A DNA stretch of 62,866 nucleotides, filler included, from Rhabdomonas costata (Eukaryota): NCBI GenBank assembly GCA_019059605.1. It is 48 parts of 48 records of this genome, joined end to end, with 100 filler letters (N's around TTAATTAATTAA, not from the genome) between each part and the next. Parts side by side here need not be neighbours in the genome. Positions count along the whole stretch, not along the records: positions 61,660 to 62,866 come from JAHMHO010023463.1; 47 more parts are not named here. One strand, written 5' to 3'. The translations under genes were made by a program, and so were the position numbers. Every line of letters starts with the position of its first letter. The first letter of the stretch is position 1. A model generated the notes under the pieces. The model was given only the letters and a program-made list of their open reading frames with translations. It was not told the DNA's origin and did no database searches. This document shows, piece after piece, positions 62,400 to 62,866 of the stretch.

Positions 62400-62700
62400 T
62401 CGGGATCCCAATCATGATTTGGTGGATTGCGGTGCGATGCGATGCCAGGGTTTCCTCCTGTTTCCATTTGGATGATCAATGTCCTTTGGTGGCAGTTACG
62501 TTCTTGAGAGTCCAACCCATCGGGTCCGACCCCCACCCCCCGGACCGCTGCGTTCAATGTGCACAGTGGTCCGAACGAAGTTTTGTTTTGAAAGAATGGG
62601 TTTGAGGCGAATCGTGGCCGAAGCGGTGACCCACTCGATCTATCTTGCCGCATCCCTGATGCACTTTCACCATAGGTGGGTCTCACGAATTCCTGGGCAA
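62400..62700 (+). mobile_element. Possible decayed TATE/VIPER-like tyrosine recombinase
   Basis: IMIWWIAVRCD...VAVTFLRVQPIGSDPHPPDRCV and, in a shifted frame, AVTHSIYLAA; weak motif resemblance only. Confidence 0.25.
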
Positions 62701-62866
62701 TTGCTGCTCCCTCTCATAGGGCCTCTCACACCCATCCACGTTTTGGTTTCTGTCATTTCACTTCCCTTTTGCTGGATGGCTTTGTGTGTATCGAGTTGCG
62801 AGGGGTTGGTTCTGCACTATTTCGGCCATTTCGGCCATTTCGGCCAGGGTACTAAAATTATCAGCA

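Overview
This is not a contiguous locus. It is 48 unrelated contigs of about 1.21 kb, joined by an artificial 100-nt spacer (44 N + TTAATTAATTAA + 44 N). Most contig ends carry G/T-only or C/A-only remnants of whole-genome-amplification primers, and several carry fold-back inverted repeats. The main genome is an intron-rich flagellated eukaryote with GC-rich exons and GT-AG introns plus frequent GC-AG candidates. A euglenozoan or euglenid origin is my inference and is unverified. Recognisable exon fragments: papain-family protease, WD40 protein, dual-specificity phosphatase, insulysin-family (M16A) peptidase on two contigs, CFAP58, peroxisomal SCP2-domain protein ending in SKL, SLC35A-type nucleotide-sugar transporter, SURP domain, class-III aminotransferase, DTW protein, mitochondrial carrier, CDIN1-like nuclease, GT2-like glycosyltransferase, FtsX-like permease and a kelch/BNR-like repeat protein. 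There is also a partly decayed tRNA cluster and several transposon relics (Ty3/Gypsy protease, Merlin, tyrosine-recombinase elements). The most interesting observations are: (1) a 6-Cys module encoded as a symmetric phase 1-1 exon, found on three independent contigs; (2) a very AT-rich, intronless, possibly giant-virus-like contig; (3) a divergent truncated-globin-like domain with Tyr in place of the proximal His; (4) a small Met/Gly heptad-repeat protein. All family assignments come from motif recognition by eye; no searches were run.
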